Assembly: GCA_951406725.2 (NCBI GenBank)
Contig: OX597822.1
Span: forward strand, 70,246,001 to 70,310,000
DNA length: 64,000 nucleotides
DNA from: Octopus vulgaris
Taxonomy: Eukaryota
Direction: 5' to 3'
Within the stretch, counting starts at the first letter, position 1. Every line of letters begins with the position of its first letter. The position numbers were made by a program, and so were the translations under genes. Positions 1-12,094 of this stretch are shown piece after piece. The notes beneath the pieces are model-generated. The model did not search any database, was not told the origin of the DNA, and saw only the letters and a list, made by a program, of their open reading frames with translations.

Positions 1-230
1 TATCTATCTATATATGTATATACTTGTGCATCTGTGTTTTCCCCCCACCATCACTTGACAACCGATGTTGGTGTGTTTATGTCCCCATAACTTAGCAGTT
101 CAGCAAAATAGACTGATAGAATAAGTACTAGGCTTAAAAAGAATAAGTCCTGGGGGTCGATTCGTTCAACTAAAGGTGGTGCTCCAGCATGGCCGCAGTC
201 AAATGACTGAAACAAGTAAAAGAGTAAAAG
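1..230 (+). mobile_element. 3' half of tRNA-derived SINE, working name family D (has a central microsatellite)
   Basis: cttgacaaccgatgttggtgtgttt...ctccagcatggccgcagtcaaatgactgaaacaagtaaaag recurs in many copies across the window. Confidence 0.8.
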
Positions 231-649
231 AGTACAAAATATCGTTTGTATTGACAAGTATAACTAATTTATTGCACATAGATTTTAACAAAATCTTACA
301 CAGACCCTGCTTGAGAACTACTGGTATAGATTCCATTTGAAGCACTAAATGACTTGTGATTGTCTTATTGGTCCTAGACAGATGAAAGGCAACATCAATT
401 CTGATAGGCTATGAACTCTCTGAATATAAAGAGATGAGGCTAAATGCTGCAAGGCAGTTTACTCTACCACTCTACCCAGCAACTCTGGCATTGACTAAGA
501 ATAATAAATAATATATTCATAAATCTTCGTTGATTAGGTAATTAATTAAAAGCAACATTAAATACATGAAAGCAAGCGATTTTAATAGTAATGTGTGTTA
601 AATTGATTTTAGATTCAAAATTTATTTATTTTTTCTTCTTAAATTGCAG

Positions 650-698
650 TTGGTGATGGAATTCTGCGGTGCTGGTTCTGTCACAGATTTAGTTAAAG
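650..698 (+). CDS. MAP4K4: MAP4K4/msn exon A: LVMEFCGAGSVTDLVK (kinase subdomain V, gatekeeper/hinge), phase 0 to 1
   Basis: ttgcag|TTG acceptor and AAAG|gtgagt donor; 49 nt. Confidence 0.95.
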
Positions 699-728
699 GT
701 GAGTATATTAAAATTTTCTAGACCTCTA

Positions 729-836
729 TCATCATCATCATCATCATCTAACATCCGCTTTCCATGCTGGCATGGGTTGGATGGTTTGACTGAGGACTGG
801 TGAGCCAGATGGCTGCACCAGGCCCCAATCTGATCT
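729..836 (-). mobile_element. Retroposon 3' end with (GAT)n tail, working name family A (RTE-LINE-type tail)
   Basis: (cat)n-aacatccgctttccatgctggcatgggttgga; related copies at about 3046, 11195, 13388, 19760, 22981, 28353, 28690, 32201, 48585 and 53521. Confidence 0.75.
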
Positions 837-2184
837 ATCTATCACATTTATCTAAAGTATTCTCCAGGTTGGTGAAATTACAGTGTCTGTGTGACTAATA
901 ATGTTCAAGGAAGAGCTCGTCAGCAGTGCGATCCAACATGATGTTGTTAATTTGCTTAGGCTGGAGAAGTAGTAATCTGGTAAAATGCTGTTAGTTTTAG
1001 TGAGGTTAGCAAGAAGACATGAGTGTTGTATCAGGGCAAGACCAAAGCCAGTTGGACTGTAGTGCAGTGATAAAACTGGCGCTCTGATGACAAGGTTCCC
1101 TATTGGTCTGATCAACGGAATAGGCTGCTTGTGAAATTAAAATGCAAGTGCCTGGGCATTCCATAGACTTGCATATCTTTAACATAGCTCTCAGGGAGAT
1201 TCAGCATGAAACAGAATGTGGCAATGCTGGTCCTTTGAATTACAGGTACAATTCATTTTTGCTAGCTGAGTAGACTGGATCATCATCATCATCATCATCA
1301 TCATCACCATTTAATGATGTGAAGAGTTGGCTAGTATTTCTAGCAGGTGGAACAACCATGCAGAGGCTCTGTTAGCTCAATAACTCAAGTATTGTTTGTG
1401 ATATTGACAAAACTGTTATAATGTACAGCCACAAGTTTGCTTGTCAATCTAAATTCGGTTTTGAAGATACGAGACACACCACACTGCATGTATATTATCT
1501 CTGACATAGAAGGTGATGGAATATTTTCACAGCTTCTGAAATGAGATCATTTCAGTTCTTTTATTAGTCTGACAGAGCTTTGAGGTTTTATAATGGCTTT
1601 TGGCCATGTGTTCAATATTTGAAAGACCATAATGATCAAAGCTGTTCTGTACATTTTTGCATGTGTTTGGTGCTAAGTGCTACTGGGTGAGAACCATACC
1701 AGTTTTTGTGTGATAATCAGGAGTGGTTAGTCAAGAAAGAAGGAGCCAAAGTATTGATACCAAAGACGTCCTACATGATTCTGTCTTTGAAACTCCTATA
1801 AGATTATGATGACCATTCATGCTTACATCCTCACCACAGAATTTTTCTTTATCGTTTCTCGAAATTTAACTCCATAAATGTATACAGCTAGTTGGTATGC
1901 AGTCGTCGTCGTTAGAGAACTCGCATAATTATTTAATACGGCGTCATCCATTTATCACAGACTGACGAGCGGAATTTTTTTTCTAACTACTCAAAGTAAA
2001 AACTTAACGAATGTTGAAGCTAAATAATTCAACTCATTGATTAGTTAATAAAATTACAGTTTTTCATTGGATTTGCTATAATCAATAGATTGTATCAGGT
2101 AGCATTAGGTTTACTGTTAAATGAATGCCTTACAGCTTGCCAGGAAGGAGTCTATATATAGATGCCTGATTTTTTCTTTCAAAT

Positions 2185-2537
2185 CGTGTCTCTCTTTTTC
2201 TCTACCTCTCTCTCTCTCTCCCTTCTCTCTCTCTACACACACACAAATATATATTCACACACAAATATGCATACAAATGCATGTGTGCATGCATATGCAT
2301 GTATGCATGTGTATATATATGTATAAATGTATATATATATATATATATGTATGTATATGTATGTGTACATACTTATGTGTGTGTGTGTGTGTATGTACAT
2401 GCATATGTATATATTTGTGTGTGTATGTGAGTGTGTGTCTACATGTGTGTGCGCGTATATGTGTGTACATGTATGCATGTAAATATGTGTGTACATGCAT
2501 GTATGCACATGTCTGTGTGTATGAGTGTGTGTGTGTG

Positions 2538-2578
<41 letters not shown>

Positions 2579-2580
2579 AT
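2185..2580. repeat. Compound (CT)n/(TA)n/(TG)n/(TCTA)n microsatellite
   Basis: Direct reading; source of spurious ORFs at 2121-2633. Confidence 0.9.
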
Positions 2581-2918
2581 ATAATTTCATAATGCATGGA
2601 AATTGTTTTGGACAAGAAGAAATCTGTCATTAATTATTTCATGAGACAAGTTGCTTTTATTTTTGAAGGTATTGAAATATTTTCTGTTTGTATTTGTCAC
2701 ACACAGCTTCTGGCGCTGAATAGAGTCTATCAACAGCAATGTCCCTCGACAACAACTGCTGCTGATTGCCAGAAACTGTTACAAAGTGGTGGTGGGGATA
2801 ATAAAAAATATATATATAAAAAAAAAACGAGAGAGTTGTAATATATTGATTGTGTTCATATTTTTGCCAGATTTAACGCATCCAGTACCTACCTGAATAA
2901 AACTTGACCTGTTCTTGA

Positions 2919-3110
<192 letters not shown>

Positions 3111-3481
3111 TGAGGCAGATTGTCTATGGCTGGATACCCTTCCTGCTGCCAACCCTCACCTTTTTCCAAGCAAAGTGATATTTTCCCCATGGCTAGACAT
3201 GTTCTCACAGTATATTGGAAATGAATGACACTGCTTGTATAACAGTGACACTCATTTACAACTATCAAGCAATGTCATGGACACGGTAACACAAAACCAC
3301 ACCTAGATATACATCTGTGCTTCTTTCAGTTTCCCCCTATCAAATCCTCTCGCAAGGCTTTGGTCTGCTTGGCGTAATAGAAAACACTTGTCCAAAGTGC
3401 CACACTGTGGGACTGAACCTGTAACCATATGGTTGGGAAACAAACTTTTTACCCTACAGCCATGCCTGTATCATCATATGT

Positions 3482-3760
3482 TTGTTCCTTCTTGAGCCAT
3501 CCCTGGCTCATAAGGACTGGTTTCCCAGTATAAGTTCCCCACCTGGATGGGACGCTGGTCCGTTGCAGGTGAGCTGCAAGATGCAGAGAGAAAGTTGTGG
3601 CGAAAGAGTCAGCAGAAGTTCACCATTACTTTCTGCCGGAGTCGCATGAGCTTAGGTGTTTCCCTCATAAACATGCACATCGCCTGGTCTGAGATTTGAA
3701 CCCACGGTCCCTCGACTGCCAGTTCGCTGCTCTAACCACTAGGCCATGTGCTTCCACATC
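3482..3760 (-). mobile_element. Full-length tRNA-derived SINE with 12-bp target-site duplication
   Basis: Minus-strand head has A-box-like tggcctagtggttag and B-box gggttcaaatctc; atcatcatatgt at 3470-3481 and 3761-3772. Confidence 0.8.
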
Positions 3761-4207
3761 ATCATCATATGTGCATTGTACTTAAAAGCTTTAAATCCTA
3801 GAGAAAAAAGAAGCTAACTTTTTCTGAATTAACAATGCTTTCTTGTTGCAAAGAATTTTTTTTCTTGTAAAGAAGGCAGGGAACAGTTCTTGAAATAACA
3901 GTTTTTTTTTTCATTAAATATTCATTTTGGTCTTACTCATTTCATTTGTCTTCTGAATGAACTAAAAGAAGTAAAAAACAAAAAAAACAAAACAAACAAA
4001 CAAACAAAACAATTGCAAGATTCTAAATTATTCATTGGGTTTTAGTATTACAAATGATGGTTTAGTATACTGACTAAAATTTTGTATGAGCTTCATTGCT
4101 ATTGAGATTTGTATTTCTTATAATTTAAAGAGAAAATAACCGAGTCATTTCAATTAATTTGGTCTACTCTACTATTTTCTTCATCTGAATAATCACTTCG
4201 CTCCTTA

Positions 4208-4420
4208 AGTTGGCAAACTGGCAGAATTGTTAGCACGCTGGGTTAAATGCTTAGCAGTATTTTGTCTGTCTTTACGTTCTGAGTTCAAATTCCACTGAGG
4301 TCGACTTTACGTTTCATCCTTTTGGTGTCGATAAATTAAGTACCAGTTGCATACTGGGGTTGATCTAATCGACTGGCCCCCTCCCCCAAAATTTCGGGCC
4401 TTGTGCTTAGAGTAGAAAAG
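4208..4420 (+). mobile_element. tRNA-derived SINE, working name family B
   Basis: ggcagaattgttagcacgc...gagttcaaattcc (B-box)...gtaccagtt; further copies at about 5023, 5248, 8621, 9087, 9300 and 17525 (+) and 62365 (-). Confidence 0.8.
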
Positions 4421-4794
4421 AATCACTTCACTCCTTTTTGGGGTGACGGTGGGGGGACTGTATTTTGAACTGCAAAATACATTGTTCATGTCAAACATAA
4501 ACAAGTGTCACCACTGCGATGACATGCAGACATACGTGCACATGCACACATGCACGTGCCTGTGTGCATATACAGACACAAACAGACACACGTACACACA
4601 CATTTTCGAAGGGCTTTCATACAGTTTCCATTTCCCAAATTTCATCCACAAGCCATTGGTTAAAACTAAGCTATTCTAGAAATCCTATCACCAATCCTCA
4701 TTGTCCTAAGGCGCTAAAGCAGTGGGATTGAACCTGAAGTCATCTGGTTATGAAATGAGCTTCTCGACCATGCACATTATATTACTAGAAGAGG

Positions 4795-4944
4795 GATGAT
4801 AGTGACTTTGAAGTTTTGGCCTGCTGGCTTTTGTTGGACTGTGGTATATTTGGGTTCCTGTTGACTATACAAAGCCAAGAGGAGTCCAAATGTGCTGCAG
4901 CCCAACAAGGGCTAGTAGATCAAAATTTCAAAATCACTGTCACC
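4795..4944. repeat. Long imperfect palindrome: 72-bp arms (4795-4866 and 4873-4944), 6-nt loop
   Basis: Hand alignment of the left arm against the reverse complement of the right arm gives 53/72 identities and no indels. Confidence 0.9.
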
Positions 4945-5022
4945 CCCGTAGTAAATGTATAATAAATATATACTTTACAAAAAGAATTAAGTAATTCTTA
5001 AATTGTTTATATTATAACATGA

Positions 5023-5665
5023 GATGGCGAGCTAGCTGAAGCATTAGCATGCTGGATAAAATGCTTAGTGGTATTTCATTTATCTTGGCTTTCTGAGTTC
5101 AAATTCTACTGAAGTCGACTTTGCTTTTCATCCTTTTGGAGTCGATAAAATATGTACTGATCAAGTACTGGTGTCAGTTATCAACTAGCTCCATCCCCCA
5201 AACGCCTATAATAGAAAGAATTATAATAGAAATGCCAATAATAGAAAGGCGGCAAGCTGGCAGAAACGTTAGCACGCCGGGCAAAATGCTTAGCGGTATT
5301 TCGTCTGCTGCTACGTTCTGAGTTCAAATTCCGCCGAGGTCGACTTTGCCTTTCATCCTTTTGGGGTCGATTAAATAAGTACCAGTTACGCACTGGGGTC
5401 GATATAATCAACTTAATCCGTTTGTCTGTCCTTGTTTGTCCTCTCGGTGTTTATCCCCTTGTGAGTAGTAAAGAAATAGATATATCTTCTGCCATTACAT
5501 TCTGAGTTCAAATTCCACCGAGGTCGACTTTGCTTTTCATCCTTTTGGGGTTGATTAAATAAATACCAGTTATGCACTGGGGCCAATGTAATCGACTTAA
5601 TCCCTTTGTTTGTCCTGTCTGTGTTTAATCCCCTGTGGGCAATAAAGAAATATATAATAGAAAGG
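5023..5665 (+). mobile_element. Cluster of three tandem family-B SINE units
   Basis: Three copies of ttctgagttcaaatt...gtcgactttgc.tttcatcctttt; direct repeat ataatagaaagg at 5238-5249 and 5654-5665. Confidence 0.85.
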
Positions 5666-5929
5666 ATTATAAATAGACATAAAAACAAGGTACCCCAGCA
5701 TGACCACAGCCTTAGGGCTGAAATGTGTAAAAGAATAAAATAATAAATATGTATATGGATATAGATGAGTATAGATATATGCTTGGTTATCCTGTAAGAT
5801 TCTTGCAAAACACTTTCATAAATTATTATCTTTGATTTGTATTCGTTAATGATATTCTCATTTCTTTTTCATTATGACACCATATGTTTCTCACATATAT
5901 AATTGATATTTCCTCTATCTTATACCTAG

Positions 5930-6070
<141 letters not shown>

Positions 6071-6534
6071 TAATGGTATTTCATTGCAGAATTGAGTTAA
6101 TGTATACCACTTGTGTACCTTCTATTAATACCTGAGGTGTTTTATAATTTTGCAAAGTTTCAGCTTTCTTTAAAAAAAAAGAACTTTTTGATAAACAGTT
6201 ACAGCCTTTCTACATTGTTGGGATCTAATGACTACAGTGTAATTATCATCATCATCATCATCATCATTGTTTTAACATCCACTTTTCTGTGCTTGTACGG
6301 ATTGGATGGAATTTGTCGAGGTGAATTTTCTATGGCTGGGTGCCCTTCCTACCACCAACCCTCATCTGTTTCCGAGTAAGGTAATACTTATGAGATGTGT
6401 GTGCATTGAAAGATTGGAAACAAAGGAAACAGTTGGATGAATGGTAACATTCGTTTACAACCATCATGCAGTGTCAAGGCTGTAGATGGGGAATAAGGCT
6501 TGGATTGAGGTTTTAGATAAATTCTGTTACCTAA

Positions 6535-6965
6535 AGGTGGAGGTTAAGAAACTTGCTTTGCAGCGATGCTGTTTCATGTTCAGTTCCACCATACAGCACT
6601 TTGGGCAAGTGTCTTTCTACCTCAACCTTGCGCTAACCAATTCCTTGTGAGGGGATTTGGTTGATAGAAACTGAGTGGAAGCTTATCATGTGTATGCATG
6701 TGTATGAGTGTGTGTATACACACACACACGCATGCACACACACACATGTGTGTTTATGTTTGTCCTCCCCCCTACTTGACAACTGGTGTTGGTTTGTTTA
6801 TGTCCCTGTAACTTAGTAGTTCACCAAAAGATTTTGATAAAATAAGTAACAAACTTAAAACTTAAGTACTGTGGTTGATTTCATGCAACTGAACCCTTCA
6901 GTGGGGTAGCTCCAGCATGGTCGGAGTCCAACACTTGAAACATGTCAAACGAAAGATAAAAGATA
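6535..6965 (+). mobile_element. Family-D SINE, diverged copy
   Basis: Head ttaagaaacttgc...gttcagttcc, core ttgggcaagtgtctt, tail ctccagcatgg. Confidence 0.75.
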
Positions 6966-7877
6966 AAGGACATGACAATAGTTTAGAATTCAGAATCGGA
7001 ATGCACTTTCCAGAATTTTTATTTTGTCCCATTGTTGATAGAAACAGCTTCTTTTGAACAGTGAATGTATTACATCATCTATTGTTTGATCTACTTTATC
7101 AATATGACTTTGATAAAGGAGAGAGAGTGAGCTTCAATTATTGAAGTCAAATAGAACATGGAAGATATAAGATGGATATAATATTCTATGACATGTTGTT
7201 CCAGGGCCTTGCCTAAACTCTGAATACATTTATCTTTTTAAGTGATGCATTGTGAGGTGCTGAGAATTTTGATGTTAGAAATTGGTTGTGTATAATAGAT
7301 GGAGGCTTGAAGAAGTTAAAATGGTGATGCTGAAAGGTGTTTGTGAGGAGGTGTTTGTGGTTTGTAGATACTGCTGAGCTGAGATTAATGGATTGAATTT
7401 ATGGAAAAGCATCTCTCTTTTCTCTCTTCACATTTACTCTCTTTGCTAAATTTTGTCAATATGAAGGAAATAGATACTGAAGCAGTAATAATGTTGACAT
7501 TAAATTAGTTTGGGGGAAGTTAAGTTACTAACGCCATAGATGGTAGGAATTTGTTATGTGTAATAAATGGTTCAATTCCAGCCACAATCATTGCCATTCT
7601 GAATACTTAGTAACATTACTTGTCTTGCTCTGCATAGCTGAATAAAAGGATTTATTTCTAGTTTATGGTTGACTGTTAGCAAGGAGAATACTTATTTAAC
7701 TTGCACGAGGCAAACTAGGTGGTCATTTGACCTGCTAGAAATAGCAGCCAAATCTTGCTCACAATATCCTGTTGTCTTAAAAAAAAAAAAACCAGGAGGA
7801 TGAATCTGGTGTTGGGGAAATGGGATGGCCATGACTAAAACATTGTTTTGTTATAGAATCTGCATGATCAAGACTGG

Positions 7878-8109
7878 TTAACCCTTTCACACACATTCAG
7901 ACAGGCCAAATCCAGCCAGAACATTCTGCTTGTTTTATGTTCAAACTGCCAGATTGGTTCTTTCACATTTACCTTACAATGTCATTCTAAAAATTTTACA
8001 ACTACATCGTCAAAATCTCAGAGATACAAGATAATGCCTGATTAATTCAAAACAATGTGAATAAAAATAAGAATTATAATACAATTTAATCTGAATGCTA
8101 AAGGATTAA
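7878..8109 (-). mobile_element. Non-autonomous TTAA-flanked DNA element (piggyBac-like MITE, working name P1)
   Basis: Starts ttaaccctt, ends aatgctaaaggattaa; reverse complement of the copies at 11733, 44615 and 53465; strand label is relative only. Confidence 0.7.
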
Positions 8110-8202
8110 ACAGTTAAACCACATCTACAAAAACAAATGCAACAACTGACATAAAGATGATAAAATTAGAAAGAACAAAAAAGACACTAGCTTAAAATCA
8201 AT

Positions 8203-8620
8203 TACTATTAGTATTTTAATATCATACTAATATTTTGATATCAGATTATTAATATTTTAATATCAGACTATTAGTATTTTGATGTCAGACTATTAGTATT
8301 TTAATATGAGACTATTAATATTTTAATATCAGACTATCAGTATTTTAATATCAGACTATCAGTATTTTAATATCAGACTATCAGTATTTTAATATCAGAC
8401 TATCAGTATTTTAATATCAGATTATCAGTATTTTAATATCAGACTATCAGTATTTTAATATCAGACTATCAGTATTTTAATATCAGACTATCAGTATTTT
8501 AATATCAGACTATCAGTATTTTAATATCAGACTATCAGTATTTTAATATCAGACTATCAGTATTTTAATATCAGACTATCAATATTTTAATATCAGACTA
8601 TCAGTATTTTAATATCAGAC
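8203..8620. repeat. 22-bp minisatellite (tattttaatatcagactatcag) x about 19
   Basis: Near-perfect tandem units from about 8320 to 8620, degenerate toward the 5' edge. Confidence 0.95.
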
Positions 8621-8766
8621 TCCACTGGGGTTGACTTTGCTTTTCATCCATTCAGGGTCGATAAAGTAAGTACCAGCTGAGCATTGATCGATTTAATCTC
8701 CCTTCCCTGAAATTGCTGGCCTTGTGCCAAAATTAAGAAACCAGCATTTTACTATCAGACTATTAA

Positions 8767-8898
<132 letters not shown>

Positions 8899-9086
8899 TA
8901 GGTTGCAATCTACTGTCTTTCATTAATTGGTTTGAGAATAATGTTCGTGTCTACTCCATTGTCACCCGAAGTACCACCATCATGATTACTTTCACCAACA
9001 ACTCTACCACCTTACCTTTCATTGCTACCATCACTGACACTATACTATCATCACCATCATTGCCACCCATATTGTCATCGTTGTAA

Positions 9087-9495
9087 GGCGGTGAGGTGGC
9101 AGAAATGTTAGCGCGCTGGACGAAATGCTTAGTGGTATTTTGTCTGTCTTTACGTTCTGAGTTCAAATTCCGCTGCAGTCGACTTTGCCTTTCATCCTTT
9201 TAAGGTCGATAAATTAAGTACCAGTTATGTACTGGGGTCAATCTAATCGACTGGCCCTCTCCCCTAAAATTTCGGGCCTTGTGCCTAGAGTAGAAAAGAA
9301 TTGTTAGCATGTCAGGCAAATGCTTAGCAGCATTTCACCCGTCTTTACATTCTGAGTTCAAATTCTGCTGAGGTTAATTTTGTCTTTCATCTTTTGGGGA
9401 TCGATGAAAATAAATACCAGTTAAACACTGTGGGTGGTGTAACTGATTCAATTCCCTTCCCCGAAATTACTGGCCTTGTGTCAAAATTTGAAATC
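9087..9495 (+). mobile_element. Two tandem family-B SINEs
   Basis: ggcggtgaggtggcagaaatgttagc head; second unit starts at about 9295 directly after the tagaaaagaa tail. Confidence 0.8.
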
Positions 9496-10278
9496 GATAT
9501 TGTCATCATCATCATCATCATCGTCATCTTCACATTCCTAACCCAACTTGCACAACTTTCTGATTCCATCATTACCTCCTGTGACAATAAGGCCTGATAC
9601 CTGTGTCCACTACCACCTGTATTAATAATTTTCTCTTCTCATCTTAACTTCGGTTTTCAGATGCTTTTAATCACTGATTGCAGCTCTTCTATTTTACCTG
9701 TTATATTACATTAATATTGTTAACACTGCATCATGCATATATATATATGCATGCAGGCACCTGTCCATGCATGCATTCATTCATTCATTCATTCATTCAT
9801 TCATTTGCTCTGCTGCATCGTATATAATTTTTTTTTTTTTGTCTTAGAAAGCAAAACAACTCCATTCCTTCTTTGAAAGCTCTCAAATTCCACACAAATT
9901 TTCATCACTGTGACCAGGCCATATTTCCATGGGGAACCATTCATGTTGAGATTAACACCATTCTAATCCAATTATCAACACTGATTAAATCCTACTTTTG
10001 GCTATATTTAATAAACACTATGAAAGAGTTTGCTTTACGGATCAGATCTATTGCCTTCTCTATCAGCAAGCCTTGAAATTAAGGCGATTAAAAGTTCTCT
10101 TATCTTGTAAAGAATATTATTGTATTGTTTTCCATATATCTCCTGGTTATTCTGTTTATATGATAACCATTTACTCTTTGTTTTTCCTATACAGGGCATA
10201 ATGTTAAATCATGAATTAAACTATTAATCATTTTCTCTTTTACTGGCAAGTAGAATGGGAATTAAGGTATTATGATAT

Positions 10279-10441
10279 AGCGCAGGAGTGGCTGTGTGGT
10301 AAGAAGCTTGCTTACCAACCACATGGTTCCAGGTTCAGTCCCACTGCATGTCATCTTGGGCAAGTGTCTTCTACTATATCCTTGGGCTGACCAAGGCCTT
10401 GTGAGTAGATTTGGTGGACAGAAACTGAAAGAAACCCCTCG

Positions 10442-10473
<32 letters not shown>

Positions 10474-10480
10474 TGTATAT
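10279..10480 (+). mobile_element. Family-D SINE 5' half
   Basis: gcgcaggagtggctgtgtggtaagaagcttgc...ggttcagtccc tRNA-like head, ending in (tatg)n. Confidence 0.85.
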
Positions 10481-10654
10481 GATTGGAACTTCCCTCTTCC
10501 AGCGCGGGAACCATTGTGATAACTTACATCACAGAATTTTTATACCTTATTATTTATAAGTCACCGAAAATGGTGAAGCTGGCAGAATTGTTATCACATC
10601 AGACAAACATACCAAATATGCCAACTGGACATAGCCATTATGGCTTTATATTGT

Positions 10655-11055
10655 CTTTTATTTGTTACTTGTTTCCGTTCATGGACTGTGACCATACTGG
10701 GGCACTGTCTTGAAGAGTTGTAGTCAAACAAATCAACCCTAGTACTTAGGTTATTCTTTAAAGTTCAGTACTTGTCTGTCTCTTTTGCTGAACTGCTAAA
10801 TCATGTGGGTGGAAAGAGACCAATACTGGTTGTCAAGTGTAGGGATGAGGGTGACAAACAGACACAACACACACACACACACACACACACAGTGGACTTC
10901 CACACAGTTTCCATCTACTAAACTCACTCACAAGTATTGGTCAGCCCAGGGCTATTGTAGACAACATTTGCATCAGGTGCTGTGCAGTGGGACTGAACCT
11001 GAAACCATGTGGTTGCCAAGCAAGTTTCTTAATCACACAACCATGCCTGTGCCTA
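10655..11055 (-). mobile_element. Family-D SINE, full length
   Basis: Reverse complement of the family-D sequence with a central (CA)n tract. Confidence 0.8.
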
Positions 11056-11194
11056 TATTATTTTGCACAATATTATAGAATTTACTTCAAATGCTGTTGG
11101 TGCTTTACCTATTACTCTCAAGAAACTATGAATTTATGATCTTTCGGCAATGGTAGGAGTTCTCTGTTCAGGAATTTGCTTTTTGCTACAGAAT

Positions 11195-11597
11195 CATCAT
11201 CATCATCATCATCATCGTTTAATGTCCATTTTCCATGCTAGCATGGGTTGGACGGTTTGACCGGGGTATGGGAAGCCAAGAGGCTGCACCAGGCTCCAGT
11301 CTAATCTGGCAGTGTTTTTACAGCTGGATACCCTTCCTAACACCAACCACTCCGTGAGTGTAGTGGGTGCTTTTTATGTGCCACCGGCACAGAGGCCAGA
11401 GGAGGCTGGCAAATGACCACGATCAGTTGGTGCTTTTATGTGTCACCAGCATGGACACCAGTCAGGCGGTGCTGGCATCTACTACGTTCGGACAGGGCTT
11501 TTTACGTGTCACCGGCACAGGTATCTTAACTACAATTTCCATTTGATTTCTATTTTGATGTTGGTGTTGACGTACTTGACTCAATAGGTCTCCTCAA
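11195..11597 (-). mobile_element. Family-A RTE-type 3' end
   Basis: (cat)n tail, cagctggatacccttcctaa core and repeated gtgcttttatgtgccaccggcac modules. Confidence 0.8.
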
Positions 11598-11657
11598 GAA
11601 TATTATGTTTAATACTCAATATGCAACACTGAATATTATTCTTGTTAACTATTCCAG

Positions 11658-11715
11658 GATGGCACCAGAAGTTATTGCCTGTGATGAAAACCCTGATGCT
11701 ACATATGATAATAGG
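11658..11715 (+). CDS. MAP4K4: MAP4K4/msn exon E: (W)MAPEVIACDENPDATYDNR, phase 2 to 0
   Basis: ttccag|G acceptor and AGG|gtaagt donor; 58 nt; visible in ORF 11605..11859. Confidence 0.97.
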
Positions 11716-11732
11716 GTAAGTTTCTATCCTTC

Positions 11733-11956
11733 TCAACCCTTTAAGATTCAGATTACTCAATTAAATATATTACACATTAATTCTCATTGTTTTGAATTAA
11801 TCATGCATCATTTCATAGCTTTCAGATTTCTGTGTTGTAATTGTTTATTTTTACAATGACATTGCAGGGTAGTTTGAGAGGTTGGATTTGACTGGTTTCT
11901 GCATAAAACAGAATATTTGGGTTGGATATGGCCTGTTTAAAATAGTAATGGGTTAA
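11733..11956 (+). mobile_element. P1 piggyBac-like MITE filling most of intron E-F
   Basis: aaccctttaagattcagattactc...gggttaa; begins about 18 nt after the exon E donor. Confidence 0.7.
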
Positions 11957-12039
11957 ACCTCGATATCTCTATTCATCATTTATTCATTAAATTAGAAAAG
12001 GTGTTAATTGAATATGTTTTTATTTCATTTATTCTACAG

Positions 12040-12094
12040 AGTGACCTTTGGTCGCTGGGTATCACCGCCATTGAAATGGCAGAAGGTAAACCTC
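12040..12094 (+). CDS. MAP4K4: MAP4K4/msn exon F: SDLWSLGITAIEMAEGKP (subdomain IX), phase 0 to 1
   Basis: ctacag|AGT acceptor and CCTC|gtaagt donor; 55 nt. Confidence 0.97.

Noticed and set aside
852-1085. ORF 852..1115 (-) and ORF 14546..14920 (-) as genes
   Set aside because: No splice or domain support; at most faint traces of highly decayed LINE RT sequence, too weak to annotate.
8203-8620. CRISPR-like regularity in the 22-bp array, the 19-bp arrays and the family-A module repeats
   Set aside because: Units are directly adjacent or have related spacers, there are no cas genes, and the context is a eukaryotic intron.
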